From: Candidatus Entotheonellaceae bacterium
Lineage (GTDB): Bacteria; Tectomicrobia; Entotheonellia; Entotheonellales; Entotheonellaceae
Length of the DNA: 64,000 nt
Direction of reading: 5' to 3'
NCBI GenBank assembly: GCA_965238075.1
Contig: OZ250173.1
Location: forward strand, 2,624,001-2,688,000
In this document: piece after piece, positions 1 through 11,191 of the stretch
Position numbering within the stretch: the stretch's first letter is position 1
Layout: each line of letters opens with the position of its first letter
The notes under the pieces: model-generated
The model's database searches: none
What the model saw: only the letters and a program-made list of their open reading frames with translations
Told to the model about the DNA's origin: nothing
Translations under genes and position numbers: made by a program

Positions 1-288
1 GTAGCGGTCGGGCGTCGCGGCGGCGGGCGCTCTTTCCCGGAAGTCCAGACAGAACACCCGGCCGCTGTCGAAGCGGCCCGCCGGGGAATTGGCATTGGCT
101 TGCGGTATCCATAGGGTCATGAAGCCGCCGCCGCCAAGGCCGGAAGCGAAGGGTTCAATCACGTTAAGTGTGAACGAAACCGCCAGCGCGGCGTCGATTG
201 CGTTGCCGCCACGTTGCAGCATTTCAAGGCCGGCCTGCGCCGCCGCCGGATGCGCGGCACAGACCATGCCTTGCGAATAATGAGGCAT
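1..288 (-). CDS. ggt: Gamma-glutamyltransferase, 5' part (runs off window)
   Basis: Not in the ORF track. Minus strand from ATG 288 (GGAG upstream) reads MPHYSQGMVCAAHPAAAQAGLEMLQRGGNAIDAALAVSFTLNVIEPFASGLGGGGFM, the classic GGT N-terminus. Confidence 0.9.
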   Translation of the reverse strand, partial: MPHYSQGMVCAAHPAAAQAGLEMLQRGGNAIDAALAVSFTLNVIEPFASGLGGGGFMTLWIPQANANSPAGRFDSGRVFCLDFRERAPAAATPDRY

Positions 289-324
289 GGTCATCTCCAA
301 AGCCCGAACGCTTTTCGTTCCTGA

Positions 325-2013
<1,689 letters not shown>

Positions 2014-2117
2014 GCTTTGGAGCCGTGCTATCCGTTGTATCTCATGAAGGGAGCGGCGAGAATAAGCCTACGCTTGCGTAAGGCTCCACAGCAGGGCATC
2101 TTCTGACTGGAATCGTC

Positions 2118-4019
2118 GTGATGCACATTGCCAACGAACTGCAGAAAATCCGCCACAACATGGATGCCTTCGTGATCGGCCACGAGGCGGTGAAGGAAGC
2201 CATGTTGTTGGGCCTCATTGCCCATGAGCATATCTATCTCCAAGGCCCGCCGGGCTGCGCCAAAACCTTGCTGGCGGAGGTGGTCGCCGCCTCGGTGAAT
2301 TGGCCGTACTTTTTTTGCCAACTACATCGTGATACCCGCCTGACTGAACTGATCGGGGACGTAATTCTGGAAAAATCCGTGCTGCCCGATAGCGGGGGAG
2401 AGGTCGTCCGCCAGCGGGTACGCGAGGGCGGGGTGCTCACCTCTGAGGTGGTGGTGCTGGATGATATTACCCGAGCGCCCGGGGAGGCCTTGAATGTCCT
2501 GCTGCGGTTGCTCAACGAGCGCAAGTACCACGCGCAACCCATCCCGCTGCGCCTGGCCATAGCCACCTCCAATCCCACGGCCGAGACTTATTTCAACGAA
2601 CCGCTCGACCCGGCTCATCTGGACCGCTTCACGCTGCAGCTGCAGACCCGAGGAACCATTTGTACCCAACAGTGGGACAAGGCCGGTGCCATCGTGGACC
2701 TCGGCCACACAACTCCGACAACCCTGACCGTTCGGCATCTGGTCGCCGCTGACCTGCTGGATGAAGCCCACCGGGCCATGCAAGACGTGGACGTGCCGCA
2801 CCACGTGATGCGGGTCTATCGCAATGTCCTCGACATCCTGCAAAACGAGCATGACTGCAACCCCACGAACTCGCTTCTCAGCGACCGCACCATGTTGGTT
2901 AAGGTTCCGGTCATGATCAGGGCCATGGCCGTGCTTGCCGGACGCTCTGTGGCAACGGCTGAAGATTTGCGTGTCTTGAAGTCGATCCTGACCTTCCGGG
3001 TTCCGGAAGCGGTTTATCAGCAGCTTGATGAGATCTTGCAGCGCGCCGCAGCGTTGGCCATGGGGCTGCCAGAGTGGTTCGATGACCAGACGCAGAAACA
3101 GGCAGCCGTCCGGGAAGCTTCAAATGAGGCGCAACGCATTGACGAAATGTCTGATAGTGACTTGGTCGATGAGTTACTGGCAACCCTGAACGTGGGTGAT
3201 GACGTATCTGATCCGCAGGCGCCCCTGCACGTCAACCGGGCGCTGACGTCACCCGAGCGGTTTCAAGAAAGCGCCCGCTACAGGGTGAAAAACCTGGAGT
3301 TGCTTGTCGAGCGAATCAACGGGCGACTGGACCGCCACAGCGCCGCTCCCGAGGCCCATCCGGGCGGCTCGCCTCGCAGTTGGAAACGCATGCGCTCTTT
3401 GCAGGAGTTTCTTGATACCGACGCCGCCGAGATGGCCACCTGGATGGACCGTGTGCATCCCGGTCTGCCGCGCGTCTACAAGAGGGAAAAGAAACATGTA
3501 GGCGGAGACATGGTGATCATCCGTGACGTGAGTGAATCCATGCGGGGCTACTATGCCCGATGGGCGGCTTCGGTGGTGACTGCGTTGGTGCAACTGGTGC
3601 GCAGGAAGCGTATGCGTATCGGATACATCGAGTTCAATCACGTGTCGCGCAAGTACAGCCATGGCGGGCGATTCTTCACACGCGACTACGATCAGATATT
3701 GGCTTTTGCCGCCAATGTGGCCTGTTCGGGCGTGACCAATTACCAGCTTCCCTTGCACGATGCGCTAACGGAGTTGCGCGCCTGGGGCACCCCCAATAAG
3801 CATGTTGTTTTGCTCACCGACGGCGAACCCACCCACGGCGACTGGCTGGTGCGCGCCGAGCGGCGCCTGGCCAAGGACCTGCGGGTCACCATCCACACGC
3901 TCTTCATTGGCGACATGGAATGCCCGGAGATCCTGGACGTCCTCTCCGAAGAATCGGGCGGCTGCCAGTTGCTGGCGGCGCCGGATGGACAAGGGGGGCT
4001 GAGCCTGCAGGAGCGCTAG
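2118..4019 (+). CDS. MoxR/RavA-like AAA+ ATPase fused to a C-terminal vWA domain
   Basis: Walker A GPPGCAKT, Walker B VVVLDDITR, LDRF motif; C-terminal MIDAS DVSES...GVTN...LLTDG. Confidence 0.85.
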   Translation: MMHIANELQKIRHNMDAFVIGHEAVKEAMLLGLIAHEHIYLQGPPGCAKTLLAEVVAASVNWPYFFCQLHRDTRLTELIGDVILEKSVLPDSGGEVVRQRVREGGVLTSEVVVLDDITRAPGEALNVLLRLLNERKYHAQPIPLRLAIATSNPTAETYFNEPLDPAHLDRFTLQLQTRGTICTQQWDKAGAIVDLGHTTPTTLTVRHLVAADLLDEAHRAMQDVDVPHHVMRVYRNVLDILQNEHDCNPTNSLLSDRTMLVKVPVMIRAMAVLAGRSVATAEDLRVLKSILTFRVPEAVYQQLDEILQRAAALAMGLPEWFDDQTQKQAAVREASNEAQRIDEMSDSDLVDELLATLNVGDDVSDPQAPLHVNRALTSPERFQESARYRVKNLELLVERINGRLDRHSAAPEAHPGGSPRSWKRMRSLQEFLDTDAAEMATWMDRVHPGLPRVYKREKKHVGGDMVIIRDVSESMRGYYARWAASVVTALVQLVRRKRMRIGYIEFNHVSRKYSHGGRFFTRDYDQILAFAANVACSGVTNYQLPLHDALTELRAWGTPNKHVVLLTDGEPTHGDWLVRAERRLAKDLRVTIHTLFIGDMECPEILDVLSEESGGCQLLAAPDGQGGLSLQER

Positions 4020-4402
4020 TCGTAGGTTTTGAGATAGTCGATGATGATCCGGCGTTGCTCCGCATCGGGTATCTTGACGAGCATTCTCGAGTTGGGGACA
4101 AGTCCCTGAGCGTGGCGTATCCAGGTGTCCAGATTGTCTTCATTCCAGATAACATCGGGGGCAAATTTCCGAAACGCTCCGGAATACTCATAGCCCTCCC
4201 TCTTGCCGGCCGGAGCATTGAAAATCCCGCGCAGATCCGGCCCTAACCACACATACGCTTTCTGCCGCTCCGTTACATGGCAGGGGGCGCATTGACGATT
4301 GAAAGCGTCCTCACCGGTTACGAATTCCTCGGCCTGCAGCATCGGTGCGTGTATCGTCCCTAGCATCAGAACGATGGTAGCTACCAAGCGTCCGCGGTTC
4401 AT
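4016..4402 (-). CDS. Class I c-type cytochrome (c2/c550-like)
   Basis: Signal peptide, CAPCH heme motif, GPDLRG, YEYS, VPNSRM distal Met. Confidence 0.9.
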   Translation of the reverse strand: MNRGRLVATIVLMLGTIHAPMLQAEEFVTGEDAFNRQCAPCHVTERQKAYVWLGPDLRGIFNAPAGKREGYEYSGAFRKFAPDVIWNEDNLDTWIRHAQGLVPNSRMLVKIPDAEQRRIIIDYLKTYD

Positions 4403-4423
4403 GATTCAGGTCCCTCCAGGGAA

Positions 4424-4457
4424 TGGTGTTGACACCACTTATGAGTGGGTATATAGC
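4424..4457 (+). promoter_or_regulatory. Putative sigma70 promoter with palindrome over the -35 box
   Basis: TTGACA 4429-4434, 17 bp, TATAGC 4452-4457; inverted repeat tggtgt-tg-acacca at 4424-4437. Confidence 0.4.
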
Positions 4458-4523
4458 CAACCTCTAAGTGGATCAACGTATCCCACAACTCTCGATCTGA
4501 AGTTCTGATACGGAGGGAGCATC

Positions 4524-6068
4524 ATGGGAGATTCCTGGTTGACCAAAGAGCAACTGAAAGTCCTGCGGCATGCCAATGAGGATGAGGGGTTTCGCTTACC
4601 GATTCCGACACAGGTTATTTCAGACGGCGAAATCTTCCCGCCCCCGCAGTCGAGACAACAGGCCATGGTCGAGGCGCTGATCAAGGAAAGGGCCGGCGTT
4701 CTCGGCAAGCCACATGGCCTGAACCGGCGGCAGTTTCTCAGAACCGCCTCGGGTATGGCCGCCGCCTTCCTGGCCATGAACGACGTGTATGGCAAGGTTT
4801 TTACCGTCGATCAGGCGGAAGCGGCGGATTTCGAAGCGGCCGACGCGCGCCTGGCGGCCTTGCGCGACCAATTCATCTTCGACGCCCATACCCACCACGT
4901 CCACGATGACTACACCTGGGAAGGGCAGCTCTTCCTGCTGCAATACTCCCGGGGTGATCAAGAGGCAGGGTTGCCGTCGTGGACCAGCGAGTTGGAGGGC
5001 CGCGAGCTTGACCTGAAGTACTTCAAGTTCCCGCATTACGTCAAGGACATCTTCTTTGACAGTGAAACCGATGTCACTATCCTGAGCAATTCCCCTTCAG
5101 TTGTGCCGGAAAAGCAGCTCCTCACGGAGGACCAGTTGGTGGCCAGCCGGAACTACATCAACGGCATGGCGCGCACCAAGCGGGTCTATGCCCACGGTAC
5201 GATCTGGCCCAGCAATCAACCGTTCCTCGACGATATGGACCGGCAGGCCGAGGAGCTCAAGATCGACTCCTGGAAGGGCTATACGATCGGCGATCCGTTG
5301 GGGCTCGTGCCGGAGGCCAATTTTCCCTGGCGGCTGGATGACGAGAAGGTCACCTACCCAGCCTATGAGAAGGCCATGAAGTATGGCATCAAAAACCTCT
5401 GCATCCATAAAGGATTGCTACCGGTTGACTGGAAGTCTTTCGAAAACTGGCGTTACGCCGCGGTGGATGATGTGGTCAAGGCGGCAAAAGATTGGCCGGA
5501 ACTGAACTTCATCATCTACCACTCGGGTTTCAGGGCCTTCATGGACGTACGAGAGTTTGCCGCGGAATTTGAGCAAACCGGCAAGATTCCGTGGGTCGAC
5601 GATTTGGCCGAGATTCCGAAAAAGCACGGTCTTACCAACGTTTATGGCGAGATCGGGCTATCCTTCTCGTCCTGCATCACCTCCTACCCCAGGGTCGCAG
5701 CTGCCATGCTGGGCCGGCTCATCCAAGGCATGGGCGCCGACCATGTTATCTGGGGCACGGATTCGATTTGGTTCGGCTCGCCTCAGTGGCAGATCGATGC
5801 CTTCCGGCGTCTGGAGATCCCCATGGACCTGCAGGAGAAATTCGGCTTTGCCCCCTTGGGTCCTGCGGATAGCGAGGTCAAAAAAGCCATCTTGGGCTAC
5901 AACTCAGCGAGGATGTACGGTCTGGGGCTCACGGCTGATGGCCGACCGGTTGAGGCGTTCGAGAAGGATCGACTGGCGCGCTTGAGGAACGACTATCTCG
6001 CTGCCGGTGGCATGCGTGACAACATCTACTGGGGTTGGATCCATAAACAGGAGCGGGCAACCGTCTAG
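4524..6068 (+). CDS. Amidohydrolase family protein with internal twin-arginine motif
   Basis: DAHTH metal motif, CIHKG, IYHSG, WGTDS; NRRQFL followed by a hydrophobic stretch near residue 67. Confidence 0.88.
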   Translation: MGDSWLTKEQLKVLRHANEDEGFRLPIPTQVISDGEIFPPPQSRQQAMVEALIKERAGVLGKPHGLNRRQFLRTASGMAAAFLAMNDVYGKVFTVDQAEAADFEAADARLAALRDQFIFDAHTHHVHDDYTWEGQLFLLQYSRGDQEAGLPSWTSELEGRELDLKYFKFPHYVKDIFFDSETDVTILSNSPSVVPEKQLLTEDQLVASRNYINGMARTKRVYAHGTIWPSNQPFLDDMDRQAEELKIDSWKGYTIGDPLGLVPEANFPWRLDDEKVTYPAYEKAMKYGIKNLCIHKGLLPVDWKSFENWRYAAVDDVVKAAKDWPELNFIIYHSGFRAFMDVREFAAEFEQTGKIPWVDDLAEIPKKHGLTNVYGEIGLSFSSCITSYPRVAAAMLGRLIQGMGADHVIWGTDSIWFGSPQWQIDAFRRLEIPMDLQEKFGFAPLGPADSEVKKAILGYNSARMYGLGLTADGRPVEAFEKDRLARLRNDYLAAGGMRDNIYWGWIHKQERATV

Positions 6069-6138
6069 GCTGGGCGCCAGAGCCTTCCCGCGGCCATGCC
6101 GTGCAGGCTTGGCGCGGGAACGGTCAGGCTTCGGAGAG

Positions 6139-6165
6139 GTCGGGGCGAAAGATTTTCGCCCCGAC
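6139..6165. repeat. REP-like palindrome between convergent genes
   Basis: gtcggggcgaaa-gat-tttcgccccgac, perfect 12-bp stem. Confidence 0.7.
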
Positions 6166-6171
6166 AATGGC

Positions 6172-7242
6172 CTAGTACAGAGCCACCGGGTTGCCGGGAG
6201 AGCCGGTCGCGCCGACGATCTTCAGGGGTGACCAGACGAACAGGAACTCGTACGCCCCGTCCCTGATCAGCGGGGTGAAGTCGAGATTCTCGATGTTCCA
6301 GATACCGCGCCGCGTTTGCATTTCGGTGTGGCACGGTACCGCGTACCCTTCTGCCTCGCCAACCGGCTGGGCGTCATTCGCCGACGTATCGCCGCCGGTC
6401 AGAATGATTTTGCGCTCGGCAAAGTACTCGCAGGCGCTAACGCCGAAGCCCGGCTCGCCGGAGTTGAACATCTGCCGGCGCTGCGCCTTCTCTTCTGCGG
6501 ACAGGGTGGGCCACACTTCGTTCGACCACAGGTCGCCGTGGCCGGTGTACAGAAACACGCAGTCGCCCTCGCTTATGTCCGAGAGGCCCTGCTTGCGCAA
6601 CATGCCCCGCACGTCGTCGGCGGTGACAATGCCTGGACTGTCCGTCGCGCGCGGAATCGGCAGCGGGTTCATGCCCTTGTAGTCGGCGGCGTTCAGCAGC
6701 ACGCCGCGGCACACGAAGCCCTTCTCCGCTACAAACTCGACACCAAGGCCGCCCATACCGATGACGCGTCCGCCGGCGCCGCGGGTGTAGGCCTCGGCAG
6801 CCATTTGGCCGTTGTAGAAGAAATCGCCCGCCGAAGTGCGCACGCCGATGTGTCCCGGACCGTCGAATTGGGTGCTCACCTGGCCGATCTCAGTGGTTAC
6901 CATCTCGTCGTGATACACCAGGTTGTTCTTGCCGAACGGGCCGCCGGTGGGAGTGCCGGGAATGGTCAGGCTCCAGATGCGCGGGCCAAAAAGGGGAACG
7001 TCGGAGGCGTACAGTTTGCCAAGCGTCGCCACCTTGCCCTGCTTGACCAGCCTGATCGCGTTCAAAACCATCTCCGGCGTGGTGCGGTTGGGTGCGCCGA
7101 CCCGGTCGTCCGGACCCCATTCCGTCGGAGCCCAGTTTTCCATGAGCGGCTTATCGTCCATCTGGGCGTGGGCCGCGGCGCCAAACAGGCACAGCGCAAC
7201 GACCATCGCCAAGGCAGAAATCCTGTTCATTCGGGATGCCAT
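6172..7242 (-). CDS. Secreted cyclase family (kynurenine formamidase-like) metallohydrolase
   Basis: Signal peptide ending AHA; QVSTQFDGPGH, IENL, GATGSPGNP. Start at ATG 7242 inferred. Confidence 0.85.
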   Translation of the reverse strand: MASRMNRISALAMVVALCLFGAAAHAQMDDKPLMENWAPTEWGPDDRVGAPNRTTPEMVLNAIRLVKQGKVATLGKLYASDVPLFGPRIWSLTIPGTPTGGPFGKNNLVYHDEMVTTEIGQVSTQFDGPGHIGVRTSAGDFFYNGQMAAEAYTRGAGGRVIGMGGLGVEFVAEKGFVCRGVLLNAADYKGMNPLPIPRATDSPGIVTADDVRGMLRKQGLSDISEGDCVFLYTGHGDLWSNEVWPTLSAEEKAQRRQMFNSGEPGFGVSACEYFAERKIILTGGDTSANDAQPVGEAEGYAVPCHTEMQTRRGIWNIENLDFTPLIRDGAYEFLFVWSPLKIVGATGSPGNPVALY

Positions 7243-7357
7243 ATCAACTCCTTCTCGAAGTCGGACATACACTTTCCGAAGGCAACGACGTACCGTTACC
7301 AAATATAAGGGGATATGCGGGTATTGATTTCATAAACGGCCTGTGATGTCAAGCGCA

Positions 7358-8242
7358 TTACACCGGCATGGCGCGTCTGGTATGGGTGCGACCCTCCTTA
7401 GCTGTTTCCTCCCGGCCGCCGGCGATCACACGCACGCCCGCGTCGATTTTTGCGATCACCGTCTCCGGTGTGCAACTTTCCAGGAAGGCCAGTCCGTTTA
7501 CCCGGCAGGCCCGAAAGACACGGTCGCGCGCCCGCTGCATGTCCGGCGGGAACGGCTCGCGCGGCACCTGTTTGTAGCCCAACGCCAGACCCAGATCGCC
7601 GGGGCCCATTTCGGCGAACCCAAGGCCGGGCACGCTGAGTATCTGTTCGGCGTTGGACACGCCTTCGGGGCTCTCGATCTTCACACCCAGGAGTAGCTCG
7701 CCGCGCGGGTTGAGGGGCCACGGGTCGGCGCGGTCGAGGTATGCCTCCGGGCTTACGCCCCATACGGCCGCCGCCTCGGACTCCGAACCGCGCCCGCGCC
7801 GGCCAACCCGCAGACCGCGACCGACGCCGACGGCATGGATCGGATAGCGGCAAGACTCCACAAAGGCGCGCACGGCGTCGGCTGATTCCGCCTGGCAGAG
7901 CAGGATACCGTGGACGCCGCGGGCCAGAATCTGCCTGAACTGCCAGCTGTTGTTTCGAATAACAGGCTCGCTCGATCCGTCGACCGGGACTTCGACAATG
8001 ATTGTCGGTGTTCGGTGACCACTGGCCGTCGGGCCGCCGTCGACCAGCCCCTGCATGTACGTCCCCAGCCCGGTCATGTCGAACGCCCCGTGCTCCATGC
8101 CGACGTTGATGTAATCCGCCCACGTGTTGGCGTCCTCACGGCCCTGCTCGTAGGTGAGGACGTGTCCGGTATGGCCCCCGTCGTAGTAAACGGGCTGGCC
8201 GCTCACCAGCAGGGCGATGGTACGATTGATACGGTGTTGCAT
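7358..8242 (-). CDS. HpcH/HpaI aldolase / citrate lyase family protein
   Basis: MEHG, VESCRYP, VKIESPEG, GPGDLG. Start at ATG 8242 inferred. Confidence 0.85.
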   Translation of the reverse strand: MQHRINRTIALLVSGQPVYYDGGHTGHVLTYEQGREDANTWADYINVGMEHGAFDMTGLGTYMQGLVDGGPTASGHRTPTIIVEVPVDGSSEPVIRNNSWQFRQILARGVHGILLCQAESADAVRAFVESCRYPIHAVGVGRGLRVGRRGRGSESEAAAVWGVSPEAYLDRADPWPLNPRGELLLGVKIESPEGVSNAEQILSVPGLGFAEMGPGDLGLALGYKQVPREPFPPDMQRARDRVFRACRVNGLAFLESCTPETVIAKIDAGVRVIAGGREETAKEGRTHTRRAMPV

Positions 8243-8435
8243 GGGGCATCCTTTCCGTTTTTGGCCAGGAAATTCGGGCCTCAAGAGGTGTTGTTCAGAA
8301 CGCCTCGTTCTGCGCCTGTCAGTGCGCCCGGGAAGCTCTTGACAGGTAGAAGAGGGCATGGCACCTTAGATGCCTTCGCCGCCGCAGGCAAGGCGGTAAA
8401 CAAGTTTGGCGATATTCCTTAATAGGAGAGAGGGC

Positions 8436-9416
8436 ATGCAAAGGTACAAGGCACTAATTATTGTCATGCTGGCGCTTGTATTTTGCGTCTCGTCAGCGAT
8501 GGCTCAGACCAAGGAGATGGGACCGTGGTGGCCGCACCCGATCTGGGGGGCTGGTGATCAGTCCGGCGGTTCGAACTGGATTACGGCGGAAAAGATTGTC
8601 GACTCGCTGAAGATGGTGACGACGGGCAAAGTCTACGAGATCGGTCAGGTGTACGAGCGTGGCATGCCGCTGTTCGGGCAGCGCACCTATTCGATTTTCG
8701 CCAACCAGGCAGGCCCGTTTGGCGACAACATGCTGATGGGTCACGACGATTTTCTGTGCGCCGAGATCGGCCAGGTGGGCACGCAGTTCGACGGCCCGGC
8801 CCACATCGGCATGCGCATGACCATGGCCGACGGCACCAGCAAGGACGTGTACTACAATGGCTTTACGGAACAGGACGACATGAAAGGCTTTTACGGCGTC
8901 GAGAGTTTGGGTATCGAGAACGTCAAGCCGTACATCACCCGCGGCGTTCTGGTTGACGTTGCCGGGTACAAGGGCGTGGATACCCTCGACCACAGCTACG
9001 AAGTCACCATGGACGACGTGCGTGGCGCGCTCGCCAAGCAGGGCATTTCCGAGTCGAGCATCAACGACGGTGACGCGCTGTTCTTCAACTATGGCTGGTC
9101 GAAGCTGTGGGGCGATCCCGACACCTATAACACCAACCCCCCGGGTATCGGCATGGAAGTGGCCGGGTGGGTCGTGGCGCAGAATGCCTCAATGGTCGGC
9201 TCCGACTCCTGGCCGACCGAGGTGTGGCCGAGCCCGACCGGTCTGGTCGTGCCGGCACACCAGGAACTGATCACGAAGAACGGTATTTTCAACCTGGAAA
9301 ATATGGTCTTCGAAAGCGTGATTGCAGACGGCGTGTACGAGTTCCTCTATATCTTCACGCCCATCCGGTTTAAGGGCGCCACCGGCTCGCCGGCCCGTCC
9401 GCTGGCTATTCGGTAA
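8436..9416 (+). CDS. Secreted cyclase family metallohydrolase, paralogue of 6172-7242
   Basis: Signal peptide ending AMA; QVGTQFDGPAH, LENM, GATGSPARP. Confidence 0.85.
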   Translation: MQRYKALIIVMLALVFCVSSAMAQTKEMGPWWPHPIWGAGDQSGGSNWITAEKIVDSLKMVTTGKVYEIGQVYERGMPLFGQRTYSIFANQAGPFGDNMLMGHDDFLCAEIGQVGTQFDGPAHIGMRMTMADGTSKDVYYNGFTEQDDMKGFYGVESLGIENVKPYITRGVLVDVAGYKGVDTLDHSYEVTMDDVRGALAKQGISESSINDGDALFFNYGWSKLWGDPDTYNTNPPGIGMEVAGWVVAQNASMVGSDSWPTEVWPSPTGLVVPAHQELITKNGIFNLENMVFESVIADGVYEFLYIFTPIRFKGATGSPARPLAIR

Positions 9417-9441
9417 TCATCCACACATAGCCGCGTAGCAG

Positions 9442-9477
9442 AAAAGGGGACGCCCGCTTCGGGTCGTCCCCTTTTTT
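9442..9477. terminator. Bidirectional intrinsic terminator
   Basis: aaaaggggacg...cgtcccctttttt between convergent genes. Confidence 0.8.
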
Positions 9478-9491
9478 ATTCCGACAAACAG

Positions 9492-9532
9492 AAAGGCCGG
9501 GAAACGCTTGCGCGCTCCCCGGCCTCTTTTTT
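9492..9532. terminator. Second intrinsic terminator hairpin
   Basis: aaaggccggg...cccggcctctttttt. Confidence 0.7.
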
Positions 9533-9547
9533 GCCTAGCGGGTCAAC

Positions 9548-11053
9548 TTACGCCCGTTTGGCGATATACCCGTAAGCGGTGTTGTCACGCAGGGCCGTGA
9601 GCTTACCAGCCGCGTCGTAATCCCGCTTGATTTGCGCAAACTTGTCCTCGCTCAGGCGGCCATAGTTAGCCTGCAGATCGAGGTTGTACAAGCGTGCGGA
9701 GTTGAGGCCGAAGATCTGTTGCTTGACTGAGCTGTCGGCACCACCCAGAGGCGCGAAGCCGTACTTCTCCTGCATGTCCTCGGGGATTTCCATCCGGCGC
9801 ATCGCCTCGATCTGCCACTGCGGCGAACCGTAGAGCACGGAGTCGGTGCCCCACACGACGTTGGAGGCGCCCAGGCCCTTGATCCAGGTGCCCAGAATCG
9901 CCGCCGTGAGGCGCGGGTTGACGATGGACGTGGATGCGAAGGTCGTACCCATTTCGGCGTAGATGTTCGAGGCGCCGTTCTGGGCCGGGATGTCGGCCAG
10001 ATCCGAACACCACTCGATCCTGCCGGTATTCTCGAAATCGCCCAAGCCATCTTCGGGCTTGTCGAACCAGGCCCGGAAGCAGCCGTGGTAGATGATGAAG
10101 TTGAGCTGCGGCCAGTCTGCCGCGGCCTTGACGAGGTCGCGCGGCGTCTGGTATTCCCACACGCCAGCCCAGCTCTGCTCGTAATCCCTCGGCATCAGGC
10201 CCTTGTGGATGCACAGGTTGACGATGCCCGCCTTCGCGGCTTTCTCGTAGAACGGGTACATCAACTTCTCGTCATCGAGCCAGAAAGGATACTTCGTTTT
10301 GGCAGACAGGGGATCGCCGATGGTGTAGAGCTTCCAGCTTGCGGGCGGCCGCTCGGCCAGGGCGCGGTCGACTTCTTCCATCCAGCCGGGCTGTCCCGGG
10401 GTCACCACGTTATGGGCCAGCATGCGGGTGTGCCCCGCCGTGGTGTTGACCATCTTGGCGGCTTCGGCGATCTGCGCGTTGCTGAGGAATTCCCAGGAAT
10501 CGTCATCAAACGGCGCACCGCTCAACACCGACACGTCGGTATCGCTGTTGAGGTAAATCTGCCGCACGTAGTTCTCGAACTTGATCAGATAGATGTCGAT
10601 GTTATTGGGGTCCATCCCCGTCTTAAAGTCCGTGGCCGTCTGCTGCAAGAAGCCGAGGAAGCCTTCCTGCGAGTAGTCGTCGCGCACGAAGTGGGTCTGC
10701 ACGTCGAAGATGAACTGCTGCCTGAGGGCTTCGGCGCGCTCGTTGGCCATGGCGGCGTCGGCGGCCTCGGCCTCGGACACGTTGAACACGTTGCCGTACA
10801 CGCTGTTCATCGCCAGGAAGGCGGCGGCCATGCCGGAACTGGTTTTGAGGAACTCGCGGCGGTCCATGCCCTGCTTGGCACCGTACGTGTCGGCCAGTTC
10901 CTTGATGCGTGCTTCAACTTGCTTTTGCTGTGCGTTCTGCGGCGGCGGGTTGAATTCGCCGTTGGAGATGACCTGCGTGGGAATCGGCGAGTGGAACGCG
11001 TTTTCCGCTCCTTCGACGAGTGAAAACTCACGATCACTGAAATAGGTACCCAT
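9548..11053 (-). CDS. Amidohydrolase family protein (tandem copy 2)
   Basis: DVQTH, CIHKG, IYHG, WGTDS; internal DRREFL. Confidence 0.88.
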   Translation of the reverse strand: MGTYFSDREFSLVEGAENAFHSPIPTQVISNGEFNPPPQNAQQKQVEARIKELADTYGAKQGMDRREFLKTSSGMAAAFLAMNSVYGNVFNVSEAEAADAAMANERAEALRQQFIFDVQTHFVRDDYSQEGFLGFLQQTATDFKTGMDPNNIDIYLIKFENYVRQIYLNSDTDVSVLSGAPFDDDSWEFLSNAQIAEAAKMVNTTAGHTRMLAHNVVTPGQPGWMEEVDRALAERPPASWKLYTIGDPLSAKTKYPFWLDDEKLMYPFYEKAAKAGIVNLCIHKGLMPRDYEQSWAGVWEYQTPRDLVKAAADWPQLNFIIYHGCFRAWFDKPEDGLGDFENTGRIEWCSDLADIPAQNGASNIYAEMGTTFASTSIVNPRLTAAILGTWIKGLGASNVVWGTDSVLYGSPQWQIEAMRRMEIPEDMQEKYGFAPLGGADSSVKQQIFGLNSARLYNLDLQANYGRLSEDKFAQIKRDYDAAGKLTALRDNTAYGYIAKRA

Positions 11054-11125
11054 TATTACTTACCCTCACATGTTAACAATGTTGTACTACACAGGTGCGG
11101 ACGATGACGCGTGTCCGCTTGATGA

Positions 11126-11160
11126 GTGCATGCGGGACGGGAAGACCGGCCCGCATGCAC
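11126..11160. repeat. Palindromic hairpin between the tandem amidohydrolases
   Basis: gtgcatgcggg...cccgcatgcac, 11-bp perfect stem. Confidence 0.6.
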
Positions 11161-11191
11161 CGTTGGGGCAAGAGCGGAAACTCAGATCCGA

